Origin: Bacteroidales bacterium UBA1402
Lineage (GTDB): Bacteria > Bacteroidota > Bacteroidia > Bacteroidales > UBA1402
Assembly: GCA_002305085.1 (NCBI GenBank)
Contig: DBQE01000009.1
Location: 20,835-84,834, forward strand
Direction: 5' to 3'
DNA: 64,000 nucleotides
A program made the position numbers and the translations under genes. Below the pieces are notes generated by a model that was not told where the DNA came from, searched no databases, and was given only the letters and a program-made list of their open reading frames with translations. Positions 38,762-48,416 of this stretch are shown here, in pieces (the first letter of the stretch is position 1; every line of letters begins with the position of its first letter).

Positions 38762-40090
38762 ATGGCTGCAATAAAAGACTTAACCCGGGGACCCATCGGT
38801 AAACAGCTTTTTTATCTCTCCCTTCCCATTATCAGCACTTCTTTTATTCAAATGGCTTACAGCCTGACGGATATGGCCTGGGTTGGCCGTCTGGGTCCCG
38901 AATCGGTAGCTGCCGTCGGAGCTGTCGGCATCTTAGTCTGGCTTACCAATTCGGTCTCTCTGTTGAACAAAGTGGGGGCCGAAATCAGCGTGGCTCAGGC
39001 CATAGGAACTCAGGATTTGGACAAGGCCCGTTGCTACGCTTCGCACAACGTCAGCATCTCGCTAATTATTTCCCTGATTTGGGCCGGTTTTTTGTTTGCA
39101 TTTTCCTATCCCCTGCTGGGTATTTATAAAATAGAAGCCGCTATTGAGCTGGAAGCCGTAACTTACTTAAGAATTGTGCTTTTCGGGTTTCCTTTTCTGT
39201 TTTTGTCTGCCACCTTCACCGGAATCTACAACGCGGCCGGACTGAGCAAAATTCCCTTTTACATCAACAGCATCGGTTTGATTTTAAACTTAGTACTCGA
39301 TCCTGTATTTATTTTTGCCTTAGATATGGGTACGGCTGGAGCAGCCTTAGCAACATTGATTTCGCAGGTGGTGGTCTGTCTCTTATTTTTCGCCCGGATA
39401 AAGCTTAGGGACAGGCTATTAGGAAGTTTTCCTTTTTTTGTCCGGCTGCAACCGGACTGCGTCCGTAAAATTGTAAACCTGGGGCTGCCCGTAACACTTT
39501 TCAACGGCTTTTTTGCCATTATCAATTTATTAATGGGACGGATCTCATCGATCTTCGGAGGACATATTGGGCTGATGACTCTTACTGCCGGAGGCCAAAT
39601 CGAGGGCCTGGCCTGGAATACCTCGCAAGGTTTCAGCACCGGTCTGAGTGCTTTTGTTGCCCAAAACTACGCTGCCGGTAAAAAATCGAGAATTTTACGC
39701 GCATATCGCTCGGGGCTGGCCATAACCACTGTTTTCGGATTGCTGTTGACCCTGTTATTCGTTTTTTACGGAGGCGAAGTTTTTACCCTCTTTGTTCCCG
39801 GGCAAATCGCCTTCGATGCAGGGCAATTGTTTCTGCGGATCGAGGGTTATACGATGCTTTTTATGATGGTGGAAATCACCATTCAGGGAGTGTTTTTTGG
39901 GACAGGGAGAACCCTACCCCCTGCCCTGATCAGCTCCGTATTCAATCTGCTCCGCATACCCCTGGCCATTATCTTGGCCAAAAACGGTATGGGTCTTGCC
40001 GGTATCTGGTGGGCCATCAGCCTTACCAGCCTGTTGAAAGGGCTAACTGCTTTTAGTTGGTTTCAGGCAATTAAAAAACGCATTTTGTAA
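38762..40090 (+). CDS. MATE family efflux transporter
   Basis: 442 aa from ATG 38762, 2 nt after the rnhB stop. N-terminal GPIGKQLFYLSLPIISTSFIQMAYSLTDMAWVGRLG and a 12-TM pattern. Confidence 0.85.
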   Translation: MAAIKDLTRGPIGKQLFYLSLPIISTSFIQMAYSLTDMAWVGRLGPESVAAVGAVGILVWLTNSVSLLNKVGAEISVAQAIGTQDLDKARCYASHNVSISLIISLIWAGFLFAFSYPLLGIYKIEAAIELEAVTYLRIVLFGFPFLFLSATFTGIYNAAGLSKIPFYINSIGLILNLVLDPVFIFALDMGTAGAALATLISQVVVCLLFFARIKLRDRLLGSFPFFVRLQPDCVRKIVNLGLPVTLFNGFFAIINLLMGRISSIFGGHIGLMTLTAGGQIEGLAWNTSQGFSTGLSAFVAQNYAAGKKSRILRAYRSGLAITTVFGLLLTLLFVFYGGEVFTLFVPGQIAFDAGQLFLRIEGYTMLFMMVEITIQGVFFGTGRTLPPALISSVFNLLRIPLAIILAKNGMGLAGIWWAISLTSLLKGLTAFSWFQAIKKRIL

Positions 40091-40151
40091 CACAGGTTTA
40101 CGAATGCTCTTGATTTGTATTTTTTGTTAATGTTTTAAATATAAATAAATC

Positions 40152-40814
40152 ATGAGGAAGACATTTTACATTTTCGTGTTTCTTGTTGCTTGTTTTTATT
40201 CTCATGGACAAACAGGTGAGGCGATTTATTCGATTATTAACGAAGAAATTGTCGAAAAACCTAAATTCATTGATTCAAACCCTATAGACAACTCTTCTGC
40301 AGTTGAGCCATATATACCATATGGATGCGACTCTGTCAGCACTGATTATGGGTCATTTTGTGTCAAATTATCAAAATACAGTGGATATAACGACGAACCC
40401 GGATTCAATGTGGTAGAGATACAAAGGAATAATTTGACGATTTTTAAACTTGAAAACTCTAATGGATATGCCAATCTATCCTCTTATGTGCCATCAGAAC
40501 ATTTAAACTTTTCTTGGGTCAAATTGTCTCCTGTGAGATGTGCTTTGATTTTTAATGGGTATATATTTGCGAGCCAGCCGTCAATGGTGAGTATTGTGGT
40601 AATACATAAAAACGAGGCTAAATTAGTATTTAACAAACCCCTGTTTATCCATTCTATTTCAAAAAGTACGACTGATTATTTTTTAAATATTACTCTCCAG
40701 TCGAACACTGTCGAATACGGAGGAACACCGGAATCCCCCGTAGCGCTGGGGACTCCTTCGCTTCACACAATTTGGTGGGATGGAAACGTTTTACGTTATG
40801 TCAAACAGCGTTAG
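40152..40814 (+). CDS. Hypothetical secreted protein
   Basis: 220 aa with an N-terminal signal peptide (FIFVFLVACFYSHG). No motif recognised. Sampled lines give about 33-42% GC, below the flanks. Confidence 0.6.
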   Translation: MRKTFYIFVFLVACFYSHGQTGEAIYSIINEEIVEKPKFIDSNPIDNSSAVEPYIPYGCDSVSTDYGSFCVKLSKYSGYNDEPGFNVVEIQRNNLTIFKLENSNGYANLSSYVPSEHLNFSWVKLSPVRCALIFNGYIFASQPSMVSIVVIHKNEAKLVFNKPLFIHSISKSTTDYFLNITLQSNTVEYGGTPESPVALGTPSLHTIWWDGNVLRYVKQR

Positions 40815-40842
40815 CCGTGAACTTTTCGAGGTTCACGGCTAA
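40811..40842. terminator. Perfect 12-bp hairpin between convergent genes (bidirectional terminator candidate)
   Basis: ttagccgtgaac / ttttcgag / gttcacggctaa. The left arm includes the stop codon (40812-40814) of the + gene. Confidence 0.5.
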
Positions 40843-40886
40843 CGCCGGCACTTAAAAGTATCTGTTAACAGATCAAAGGAAGATTC

Positions 40887-41861
40887 TTATTCCCAATAAG
40901 TAATTTCGCGACGCTCATCGGTATAACTGCTCCACTCGGGTCCGTTTTTGTAACGGTATTTACGACTGGTCCAGTTGTTGTGAGTATCGTATACGTAATC
41001 GGAATATTCTTGGATATACTCGCCTTCGGCTATCTGAGTCAGGTCTTTTTGTGTATTGTAAGTATAATTACTTGTGTAGGAGCTTGGTTGTTCTTGACCA
41101 GGATAAACATCCTCATACCGGTAATTGTCAATCAGCATGAATTCATCGTCTTTCTTGTAAGTGTAAGTTCTTGTACTTGTATAGGCGTTATCACCGGTCC
41201 CAAAGAAACCTTCGGAATAGACATCAAACATTCCGTTCTCCTGATAACTGGCATTCATAAATTCTCCCCAGGAATTACCTTCAGAAAATATATGTTCTGT
41301 TCTGGAAGACACTGGGTATTTTCCGGAATAAAGAATTTTGGTAGTATCCACATAGGTGTTTTCATCGGCGTTGTCACTGTATTGGACGGTGTTGATGATA
41401 AATAGGGTATCTCCCACAAACGTATAACTTGTGCGGGCTCTCTCATCATTAATTGCGGAAAGGTTAGGAGCCAAACCGGCAAAATTCATATGGAAATGAC
41501 CCCTTGGAACATACTTGCCGTGGTCGGCATATTCGAAAGTAGTAGTTCCGGCCTGAATCAATTGTCCTGAGGTATTGTACGTATAATTGGTCAAAAAATC
41601 ATTGCCCTGCCCTGTGTTTTCAATCTTAAGAATTCTTCCGATTTCATCGAATGTGGTCATTTTGTAAGTGGTGTCTGAATAAAACTCTTTGACCATTTTC
41701 ACAGGCCCTCTCAATTGGGCATGCGTAAGGGCTGAACGCTCCCAATAATTTTTGGGAGCTTCGGGATCATCCCCTCCGTCCCCGTTTCCATTTACCGGAT
41801 CGCAAGATAGCATCGTATAAGCAAATAAGCCTAATGCTATAAACAATATTCCTTTCTTCAT
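40887..41861 (-). CDS. Hypothetical Tyr-rich lipoprotein with YD-repeat-like segments
   Basis: 324 aa with lipobox YTMLSC. Recurrent YTYN..G.L and YVYDTHNNW-type segments. 39 nt downstream of the T9SS cargo gene. Confidence 0.6.
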   Translation of the reverse strand: MKKGILFIALGLFAYTMLSCDPVNGNGDGGDDPEAPKNYWERSALTHAQLRGPVKMVKEFYSDTTYKMTTFDEIGRILKIENTGQGNDFLTNYTYNTSGQLIQAGTTTFEYADHGKYVPRGHFHMNFAGLAPNLSAINDERARTSYTFVGDTLFIINTVQYSDNADENTYVDTTKILYSGKYPVSSRTEHIFSEGNSWGEFMNASYQENGMFDVYSEGFFGTGDNAYTSTRTYTYKKDDEFMLIDNYRYEDVYPGQEQPSSYTSNYTYNTQKDLTQIAEGEYIQEYSDYVYDTHNNWTSRKYRYKNGPEWSSYTDERREITYWE

Positions 41862-41900
41862 GATTAAAAATTTAATTATAATTGAATACTAATTTTGATA

Positions 41901-44087
41901 TTATCGTTTTCTGAATTTGAGTACTTGTTTTTGCTCTCCCGCTTGTAGTTCGAGCAGATAAATGCCGCTTTGAAGCCCGCTAACATCCACCTGACCCCGG
42001 TTCGTCTGGGCATTGAGTAATACCCTGCCGCTCAAGTCGATAATTCTTACTTGAATTGTCCCTTCAATACCGCTTATCAACAAGGTGTTGCCCTGATGTA
42101 TTAAATAGCTTCCCGGTGCTTTTGGACGGACTCTTTCTATGCTGCTTTGCATCGTAGCCACAATGCCTTCTCCGGTAATTTCGTAATCCACGTTTTCTAC
42201 GATGCTGGCATCGGACGATAAGACTACGGTATTTACCGAAGTCATGGCTTTACCCTCCACATTCAACAACACATCGTAGGAACCGGCAGGTATGCGATCA
42301 AAAAGATAAACCCCCTCTTGGTTACTGGTGGTAAAAGATTTCACCTGACTATGGTCTGAAGATGCCACCAAATACAAATCATAGGTCGGTAAAGACGCAC
42401 TGCGCAAACCGCCTTCATTATCGATCAGACGGATTGTTCCTCTGATTTGCCCGCTGGCGCCTGCGCTGACAGATAAATCAACCGTCTGAATGCTTATAAT
42501 TAATGCATCTATCTCGTCCGTTGTGAACGACACTATACCGGCATTCTCCCAAAGTAATTCGCTTGGGAGATAGGTACTCAAACTGCGTAGAGTTTCCGAC
42601 TGTACTTTCCCCTGACTGCGCAAGGCATATTCTCCTTCTCCAACCACAAACGCTCCCCGGCCGTCGATCAATTCCAAAGTATCGAGTACAATAAATCCTT
42701 CCTCGCCCAAGCCTAATAATTCAATGTTATCGTTCCCCGGAGCATCACCCATTTGGGCAATAACGGGAAGATTTCCAACTTTATAATAGCTCGTGAAATA
42801 ATCGTAATCATTCATATCGGTTGCAATGAGCCGGCCATAATTTTCATCCGGAAAACGGAGTACGACTTTACCCCCGGAAAAATCATTGTTTTCAACCAGT
42901 TTTAAATCCCAATTTTCGAAGATCGTATCTCCGTCTTCTGTGAATATTTGCAGACCCCCGTTGGGACATTCGCGCACAATTTCAATTTTATCGTCACTTA
43001 CAATGTCGTGCATATTTACCCAAACAACACTGTGCATATTGTCCTGTTCAAACGCCAGGCTTTTGTACAGGCTACGATCTTCGTTATAAATTCGGACAGT
43101 GTCGTTGTTATAATCAACCAGTTTGGCCAGACCCTGGCTATCGTAAAAAATCCCGCCGGAAACCCATTCTTCGTAATCGGGCAGGGAGTATATGGTGTTA
43201 GAGTATTTCTCCTTCATGCAGTATTGTCCGACCGAAGATAAATGGTAAAATTCTCCGACCCAGTAATCCGACAGACTGTCAACGGCCGTTTTATATAATG
43301 AGCCGTCCAAATTGTATAAAAGCAAATCGTATTCTTTATACAAATGCTCGTAGGCAGCGGCAATGTTGTTGTTTCTGCCCAAAATACGCCTTTGTCCTTC
43401 GTCAAAGGTGATGCCTTCGTACATTATTCCGTGCGGCATTTGCAATTCGAGAGCTCCGGTGGATAAATCGTATACCTGCCCGGTGTAAACATCGGTGGTA
43501 AACCAGCTTCCTCCCCCGAAAAAAGCAGTGTCTTTGGAACAGACTCGGTTCACAGCCAATTTGACCTGCCCATTTACTTCGAATGTTTCAAAGCCGTGAA
43601 AATTACTTAGAACGGTAAATAACGAATCTCCACTTTCATCGAGCACACCGACAAAGACGCTCCAGTTTTCGTCTGTAAATTGCGAAACATACGCACTGTC
43701 GTATACAGAAAACTTATAAATCAAAAACTGCTTTAATGTGTCGTTGACCAGGCTATTAACCAACTCAAGGCCTCCGGCCCAGTAATTCAATTGTGCCTCC
43801 TCAACAGGCAGTCTCAATGCAAAACTCTTAATCAGGTTAAGGTCAGGCTCATATAAGTTGAGGTAAGCAGGCTCCGGCATTTCGGGATTTGAACTACGTA
43901 ACATGTTTTCCTGTATCAACTGAAAATAAACAGACGTAGAGCCGTTGGGGCGAAATAGGCCATGCGTCAATAAATCGTTGTTATTGGCCGAGGGCACTTT
44001 GTTGCCTTCCAGATACTGAGATGCGGAAAGCTGACTGCTGCTTGCAAAAAACATTGTCAGCAGCAAAATATGTACTATATTTTTCAT
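41901..44087 (-). CDS. T9SS-secreted protein of unknown function (N-terminal unknown region + CarboxypepD_reg-like domain + T9SS C-terminal sorting domain)
   Basis: 728 aa with a signal peptide. GVYLFDRIPAGSYDVLL is CarboxypepD_reg-like. The C-terminus VRIIDLSGRVLLNAQ...LQSGIYLLELQAGEQKQVLKFRKR is a type-A Por/T9SS CTD pattern. Confidence 0.75.
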   Translation of the reverse strand: MKNIVHILLLTMFFASSSQLSASQYLEGNKVPSANNNDLLTHGLFRPNGSTSVYFQLIQENMLRSSNPEMPEPAYLNLYEPDLNLIKSFALRLPVEEAQLNYWAGGLELVNSLVNDTLKQFLIYKFSVYDSAYVSQFTDENWSVFVGVLDESGDSLFTVLSNFHGFETFEVNGQVKLAVNRVCSKDTAFFGGGSWFTTDVYTGQVYDLSTGALELQMPHGIMYEGITFDEGQRRILGRNNNIAAAYEHLYKEYDLLLYNLDGSLYKTAVDSLSDYWVGEFYHLSSVGQYCMKEKYSNTIYSLPDYEEWVSGGIFYDSQGLAKLVDYNNDTVRIYNEDRSLYKSLAFEQDNMHSVVWVNMHDIVSDDKIEIVRECPNGGLQIFTEDGDTIFENWDLKLVENNDFSGGKVVLRFPDENYGRLIATDMNDYDYFTSYYKVGNLPVIAQMGDAPGNDNIELLGLGEEGFIVLDTLELIDGRGAFVVGEGEYALRSQGKVQSETLRSLSTYLPSELLWENAGIVSFTTDEIDALIISIQTVDLSVSAGASGQIRGTIRLIDNEGGLRSASLPTYDLYLVASSDHSQVKSFTTSNQEGVYLFDRIPAGSYDVLLNVEGKAMTSVNTVVLSSDASIVENVDYEITGEGIVATMQSSIERVRPKAPGSYLIHQGNTLLISGIEGTIQVRIIDLSGRVLLNAQTNRGQVDVSGLQSGIYLLELQAGEQKQVLKFRKR

Positions 44088-44151
44088 AAAGCCGTATTAA
44101 AGTATGATTAAAATTGGATTCTTCCTAAGAGTCTCTTTTTTCATTGAAAAG

Positions 44152-44159
44152 CAAAATTA
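44152..44159 (-). promoter_or_regulatory. -7 box (CAAAATTA on + strand)
   Basis: 64 nt upstream of the T9SS cargo ATG (44087). Confidence 0.4.
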
Positions 44160-44235
44160 TAACTTGGAGCCCTGAGTGCCTAGGCAAAAGGTAAAATTGA
44201 GGCCGTAAAAGATACATTTTTCGACGCAAAATACA

Positions 44236-44243
44236 TACTTTTG
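44236..44243 (+). promoter_or_regulatory. -7 box TACTTTTG
   Basis: 17 nt upstream of the AraC-type regulator ATG (44261). Confidence 0.45.
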
Positions 44244-44260
44244 AAAACAAATCAAAGTTT

Positions 44261-45436
44261 ATGCTTAAAACGATTTTATTACTGACTCCCGTGTATGTAA
44301 CCTTGTTTTGGACTTTAGTTCTGAAAACGGCAAACAGACACAATAACGATCGAGCCAGGCTGTTTCTGGGCAAATTTATGTTTTTTGCTTGTATCCTGTA
44401 TTTTTCCCATTTTCTTTTTTTCTATCCTCTACCTCAGGTTTATATTTATTTCGACGCACTTTACCAATATGCCTCTTTGATGGTATACCCCCTTTTTTAC
44501 ATCTACATTCGCCTATTGACAGTGGATAAAAAATTTGAACTTAAAAAGCATTACAAGTACATCGCCGTACCCAATCTGCTTTTGATCGCCTATTTGATAG
44601 GCATACTGTTCAGCCCTTATGAACACTACCGGAGACTGATCGCCGACTATGAAAACAGCCCCTGGAATTTCCTGAAAATAGTTTTAACCTGCATGCAACT
44701 TGCCTTTTTAATACAGGTAATTCTTTGTGTCACAGGCAACACCATCTTATTGAAAAAATACAAACACAGCGCCGGACAATACTATTCCGATATAGAGGAC
44801 AGCAGAATCTACAAGGCCGAATTACTCAATCTGTGCATTATTCTTACAGGTATCTCCTCTTTTATACTCGGAATACTGGGACGTGATTTCTTTTTTGCCG
44901 AGCCTGTAGCTATGGGCATTGCTTCCTTGGTTTTTTCCACCTTGCTTTTTGCTATTGGTTTACTCGGCAATGTGCAGAAAGTAGTCAATCCAAGTTATGA
45001 AACCGACAGCGGCGTCCAGCCTTCAGCAAGCCTTGCCACAGATCAGGAAATGGAACACTTCAAAGCTGAGGTTTCTCCCAAAATTCTGCGCTTGTTTGAT
45101 GAAGACAAAATCTATCTAAACAGCAAACTCACCATCAGAGATGTGGCTCAAATAGTCGGAACGAACCGTACTTACGTATCGAACTTTATTAACACTCATT
45201 TTAATCAAAACTTTTGCAGTTTTGTAAATCGTTACAGACTCGAAGAGCTAGAACGAACCATCCGTAAACACCCGGAATACACCGGCAACACCCTGGCCGA
45301 ACTCTGTGGTTTCGGTTCAACGGACTCCCTGAAAAGGGCTGTAAGGACTAGTTTTGGTGTGTCTTATTCAGAATGGAGAAAAAGTTTGTCTGTCCAAGCA
45401 GACAAACATCAAGACAATTTGAACGCCAAGGCGTAA
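44261..45436 (+). CDS. Membrane-bound AraC/XylS-family transcriptional regulator
   Basis: 391 aa. About six N-terminal TM helices, then a C-terminal HTH_18-like region (LTIRDVAQIVGTNRTYVSNFI...LAELCGFGSTDSLKRAV). Confidence 0.8.
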   Translation: MLKTILLLTPVYVTLFWTLVLKTANRHNNDRARLFLGKFMFFACILYFSHFLFFYPLPQVYIYFDALYQYASLMVYPLFYIYIRLLTVDKKFELKKHYKYIAVPNLLLIAYLIGILFSPYEHYRRLIADYENSPWNFLKIVLTCMQLAFLIQVILCVTGNTILLKKYKHSAGQYYSDIEDSRIYKAELLNLCIILTGISSFILGILGRDFFFAEPVAMGIASLVFSTLLFAIGLLGNVQKVVNPSYETDSGVQPSASLATDQEMEHFKAEVSPKILRLFDEDKIYLNSKLTIRDVAQIVGTNRTYVSNFINTHFNQNFCSFVNRYRLEELERTIRKHPEYTGNTLAELCGFGSTDSLKRAVRTSFGVSYSEWRKSLSVQADKHQDNLNAKA

Positions 45437-45825
45437 TTGCGAATTTGCTTGAGCATCGCCGCAAAACCATTGGATCTGGTGGGCGACAAATGCTCCTTGA
45501 GTCCAATGCGTTCAATAAAATATAAGTCGGTCTTCAGTATTTCGTCCGGTGTCCGGCCCGAAAGAACCTTCAGCAACAGGTAAACCAGGCCTTTTACAAT
45601 AACGGTATCGCTCTCGGCCTCAAAAAACACCTTACCCTCCTTGTATTCGGCGTGTATCCATACCCGGCTTTGACATCCTTCTATCAGGTATTGAGGTTTT
45701 TTGTACTGCTCATCCAGCGGACCTAAAGAATTGCCCATGTCGATTAATAATTGGTACTTGTCCATCCAATCTTCAATCTCATCGAAGGCCTGAATGATGT
45801 CGTCCTGAACTTCGTCTATACTCAT
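45409..45825 (-). CDS. sufE: Cysteine desulfuration protein SufE
   Basis: 138 aa. Conserved IEGCQSRVW and GLVYLL...G.TP.EI pattern. Confidence 0.85.
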   Translation of the reverse strand: MSIDEVQDDIIQAFDEIEDWMDKYQLLIDMGNSLGPLDEQYKKPQYLIEGCQSRVWIHAEYKEGKVFFEAESDTVIVKGLVYLLLKVLSGRTPDEILKTDLYFIERIGLKEHLSPTRSNGFAAMLKQIRNYALAFKLS

Positions 45826-45834
45826 TTCAATCTG

Positions 45835-47061
45835 TTAATTAAACATTTTGTAGATTTTCTTTAAAGCAGCCTGTAAACGATCTACTTCTGAGCTTGTATT
45901 GTAAAAAGCAAAAGAGGCGCGAACACAGCTATCTACTGCCAAACGCTCCATCAGCGGTTGAGCACAATGGTGCCCGGTGCGTACGGCAATGCCGAGTTTA
46001 TCGAGCAACAAGCCAACATCATACGCATGAATGCCTTTTAATTGAAAAGGAATTATGGCATGCCTCTCAGGTATATTTCCCAACAACTGAAAACCTTCCA
46101 CTTTGCTCAGCTCCTGCAAGGCATAGTTCACCAACTGCTTTTCGTAGTCTGCAATCTTATCCAGGCCTATCTCCTGAATAAAACGTAATGCCTCGGCCAA
46201 GGCCGCTGTTCCGATAAAATCGGGTGTTCCAGCCTCGAATTTAAATGGAATCCGATTGTATGTTGTTTTTTCAAAATGAACTTGGTCAATCATTTCTCCT
46301 CCCCCTTGGTAAGGAGGCATTTGCTCCAAAAAAGAGCGTTTCGCGTATAAGACTCCTACTCCGGTGGGCCCAAAAACCTTGTGGGACGAAAAGGTATAAA
46401 AGTCGGCGTCCAGAGCTCGAACATCTACCGGCATATGGGCAACTGCCTGAGCTCCGTCAACCAGCACAGGAACACCTTGCTTGTGGGCTTTTTCAATAAT
46501 CTGCTTTATGGGATTCTCGATTCCCAGTACATTGGAAACATGGGTAATGGCCAGTAATTTTACCTTGGGTCCCAATAATTTTTCGTATTCATCGACCAAC
46601 AAACAACCGTTATCGTCAATGGGAATCACTTTAAGAGTCATTTTTTTACGCTCACACAAGAGTTGCCAGGGAACAATGTTAGAGTGGTGCTCCATGCTTG
46701 AAATCAAAATTTCATCACCCTCCCGGCAAAAAGCTTCGCCAAAGGAAAAGGCCACCAGGTTGATAGATTCGGTGGTTCCCCTGGTGAAAACAATTTCATC
46801 GGGTTCTGCCGCATTGATAAATTGCTGCACCACAACTCTGGCCGCCTCGTGAGCTTCGGTAGCCTGTTGGCTCAATAAATGCACCGCCCGGTGAACATTC
46901 GCATTATGGCTGAAGTAGGCCTCTTCTATCTTTTTTACCACGGAACGCGGTTTTTGGGTAGTGGCTGCGTTATCCAGATAGACCAAAGGATGCCCGTAGG
47001 CTTTTTGTTCCAGAATAGGAAAGTGCTTTCTTATGGAAGCTACATCAAATTTCGATTCCAT
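45835..47061 (-). CDS. sufS: Cysteine desulfurase, SufS subfamily
   Basis: ATG at 47061; the track start 47100 is GTG. PLP-lysine context FSSHKVFGPTG and catalytic Cys context RTGHHCAQP. Confidence 0.9.
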   Translation of the reverse strand: MESKFDVASIRKHFPILEQKAYGHPLVYLDNAATTQKPRSVVKKIEEAYFSHNANVHRAVHLLSQQATEAHEAARVVVQQFINAAEPDEIVFTRGTTESINLVAFSFGEAFCREGDEILISSMEHHSNIVPWQLLCERKKMTLKVIPIDDNGCLLVDEYEKLLGPKVKLLAITHVSNVLGIENPIKQIIEKAHKQGVPVLVDGAQAVAHMPVDVRALDADFYTFSSHKVFGPTGVGVLYAKRSFLEQMPPYQGGGEMIDQVHFEKTTYNRIPFKFEAGTPDFIGTAALAEALRFIQEIGLDKIADYEKQLVNYALQELSKVEGFQLLGNIPERHAIIPFQLKGIHAYDVGLLLDKLGIAVRTGHHCAQPLMERLAVDSCVRASFAFYNTSSEVDRLQAALKKIYKMFN

Positions 47062-47077
47062 GACCTCAGTTTTATTC

Positions 47078-48415
47078 TCAACAAATATCGCAGCCGGCAC
47101 AAGCGCTCATCTGTTTACGAAATCGCTTGCCCACCAGATTGTGGATTCTGTTTTTCAAGGGAATTAGTTGAATCCCCTCAATCACGTCTGCCACAAAGGC
47201 AAATTTAAGCATCGCCCGGGCTTCCTGCTCCGAAAGACCTCTCGATCGCATATAAAACAAAGCGTTCTCGTCAATTTGGCCGGTGGCGGAACCATGGCTG
47301 CACTTGACATCATCGGCGTAAATCTCGAGTTGAGGCAAAGCATTCATCCTGGCCCGGGATGAATTGCAGAGATTGGCATTGGACTGATAAGCAGAAGTTT
47401 TTTGCGCGTTGGGATGCACCAGCACTTTTCCGGCAAACACCCCTCTCGATTCATCGTCCAGAATATATTTATACAGTTGACGGCTGGTGCATTGGGGTAC
47501 TACATGCTCCACATCAACATGATAATCGGCAAACTGATGACTATCGAGCAGACAAAGACCGGACAACATAGACTCAGCCTGTTCTCCTAACATTCTCAAA
47601 TTTAAATTGTTGCGTGAAACTCCATTGTTCAAGGTAATACCGTTAACGAATACCGAAGAAGAGGCCTGTTGGTCGATAAAAGTATTGCTTAGCCTTGCAT
47701 TATTAGGATGTGTCATTTCCAATTCATAGTATTCCAGCCGGGCCTTTTTACCGACAAAAACCTCGGTTACCTGATTCGAAAAACAAGAGCTCTGAGTCAT
47801 GCTGTGATCACATATCATCAGCTTGGCCGAAGCTCCGTCTTCGATAATAACCAAGTTTCTTCGGTTAGCCATTTGCTCGATTTCACCGTGAAATAGTTGA
47901 ATCAGTTGCAAGGGCTGTTCAATTTCAACACCCGCAGGCACAAACAAAAGAAAACCATCCTGGGCCATGGCTGTGTTTAATGCGGCAAAAGCATCGGCAG
48001 ATTGTCCGGCTATACGGTCGTAATATGGGGCCATGAGTTCTGGATACTCACGGAGTATGGCGTTGATGCTGCCATACAAGACGCCTTCGGATAATTTTTG
48101 CGGATCGGGATCGGGATAATATACGTCGTTGACCACAAAAAACAATTTGGTCGATAAACTGGGAACTTCGCAACGAAAAACCTTACTGGGATGGGGCGGA
48201 GCCGACAAGCGATAGAGGTTCATTCCGTAATCAATTTCCAACAAAGCATCCAGCCGGCATTGCCGGTAAGCTTCGTCTTTGGGGCCCGGAAAGCCGGCCT
48301 TTTCAAAAAGCCCAATGGCAGCCTCCCGTTTTGAGTCCATCAAAGGAGCAGAATACTGCCTGAGCACTTCCCGGTAGTTCCTGAATAAATTTAGGTAGGT
48401 CGTTTCTTTTCCCAT
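47078..48415 (-). CDS. sufD: Fe-S cluster assembly protein SufD
   Basis: 445 aa. Beta-helix SufB/D family C-terminal region (EIYADDVKCSHGATG-like: EIYADDVKCSHGSATGQ). Positioned between sufC and sufS. Confidence 0.9.
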   Translation of the reverse strand: MGKETTYLNLFRNYREVLRQYSAPLMDSKREAAIGLFEKAGFPGPKDEAYRQCRLDALLEIDYGMNLYRLSAPPHPSKVFRCEVPSLSTKLFFVVNDVYYPDPDPQKLSEGVLYGSINAILREYPELMAPYYDRIAGQSADAFAALNTAMAQDGFLLFVPAGVEIEQPLQLIQLFHGEIEQMANRRNLVIIEDGASAKLMICDHSMTQSSCFSNQVTEVFVGKKARLEYYELEMTHPNNARLSNTFIDQQASSSVFVNGITLNNGVSRNNLNLRMLGEQAESMLSGLCLLDSHQFADYHVDVEHVVPQCTSRQLYKYILDDESRGVFAGKVLVHPNAQKTSAYQSNANLCNSSRARMNALPQLEIYADDVKCSHGSATGQIDENALFYMRSRGLSEQEARAMLKFAFVADVIEGIQLIPLKNRIHNLVGKRFRKQMSACAGCDIC

Positions 48416-48416
48416 T

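Noticed and set aside
44109-44199. TAAAATTG occurring twice (44109 and 44192), and three GCAAAA motifs, in the AraC/T9SS divergent region
   Set aside because: These are short AT-rich words 83 bp apart with no consistent phase. They are not distinguishable from chance by eye.
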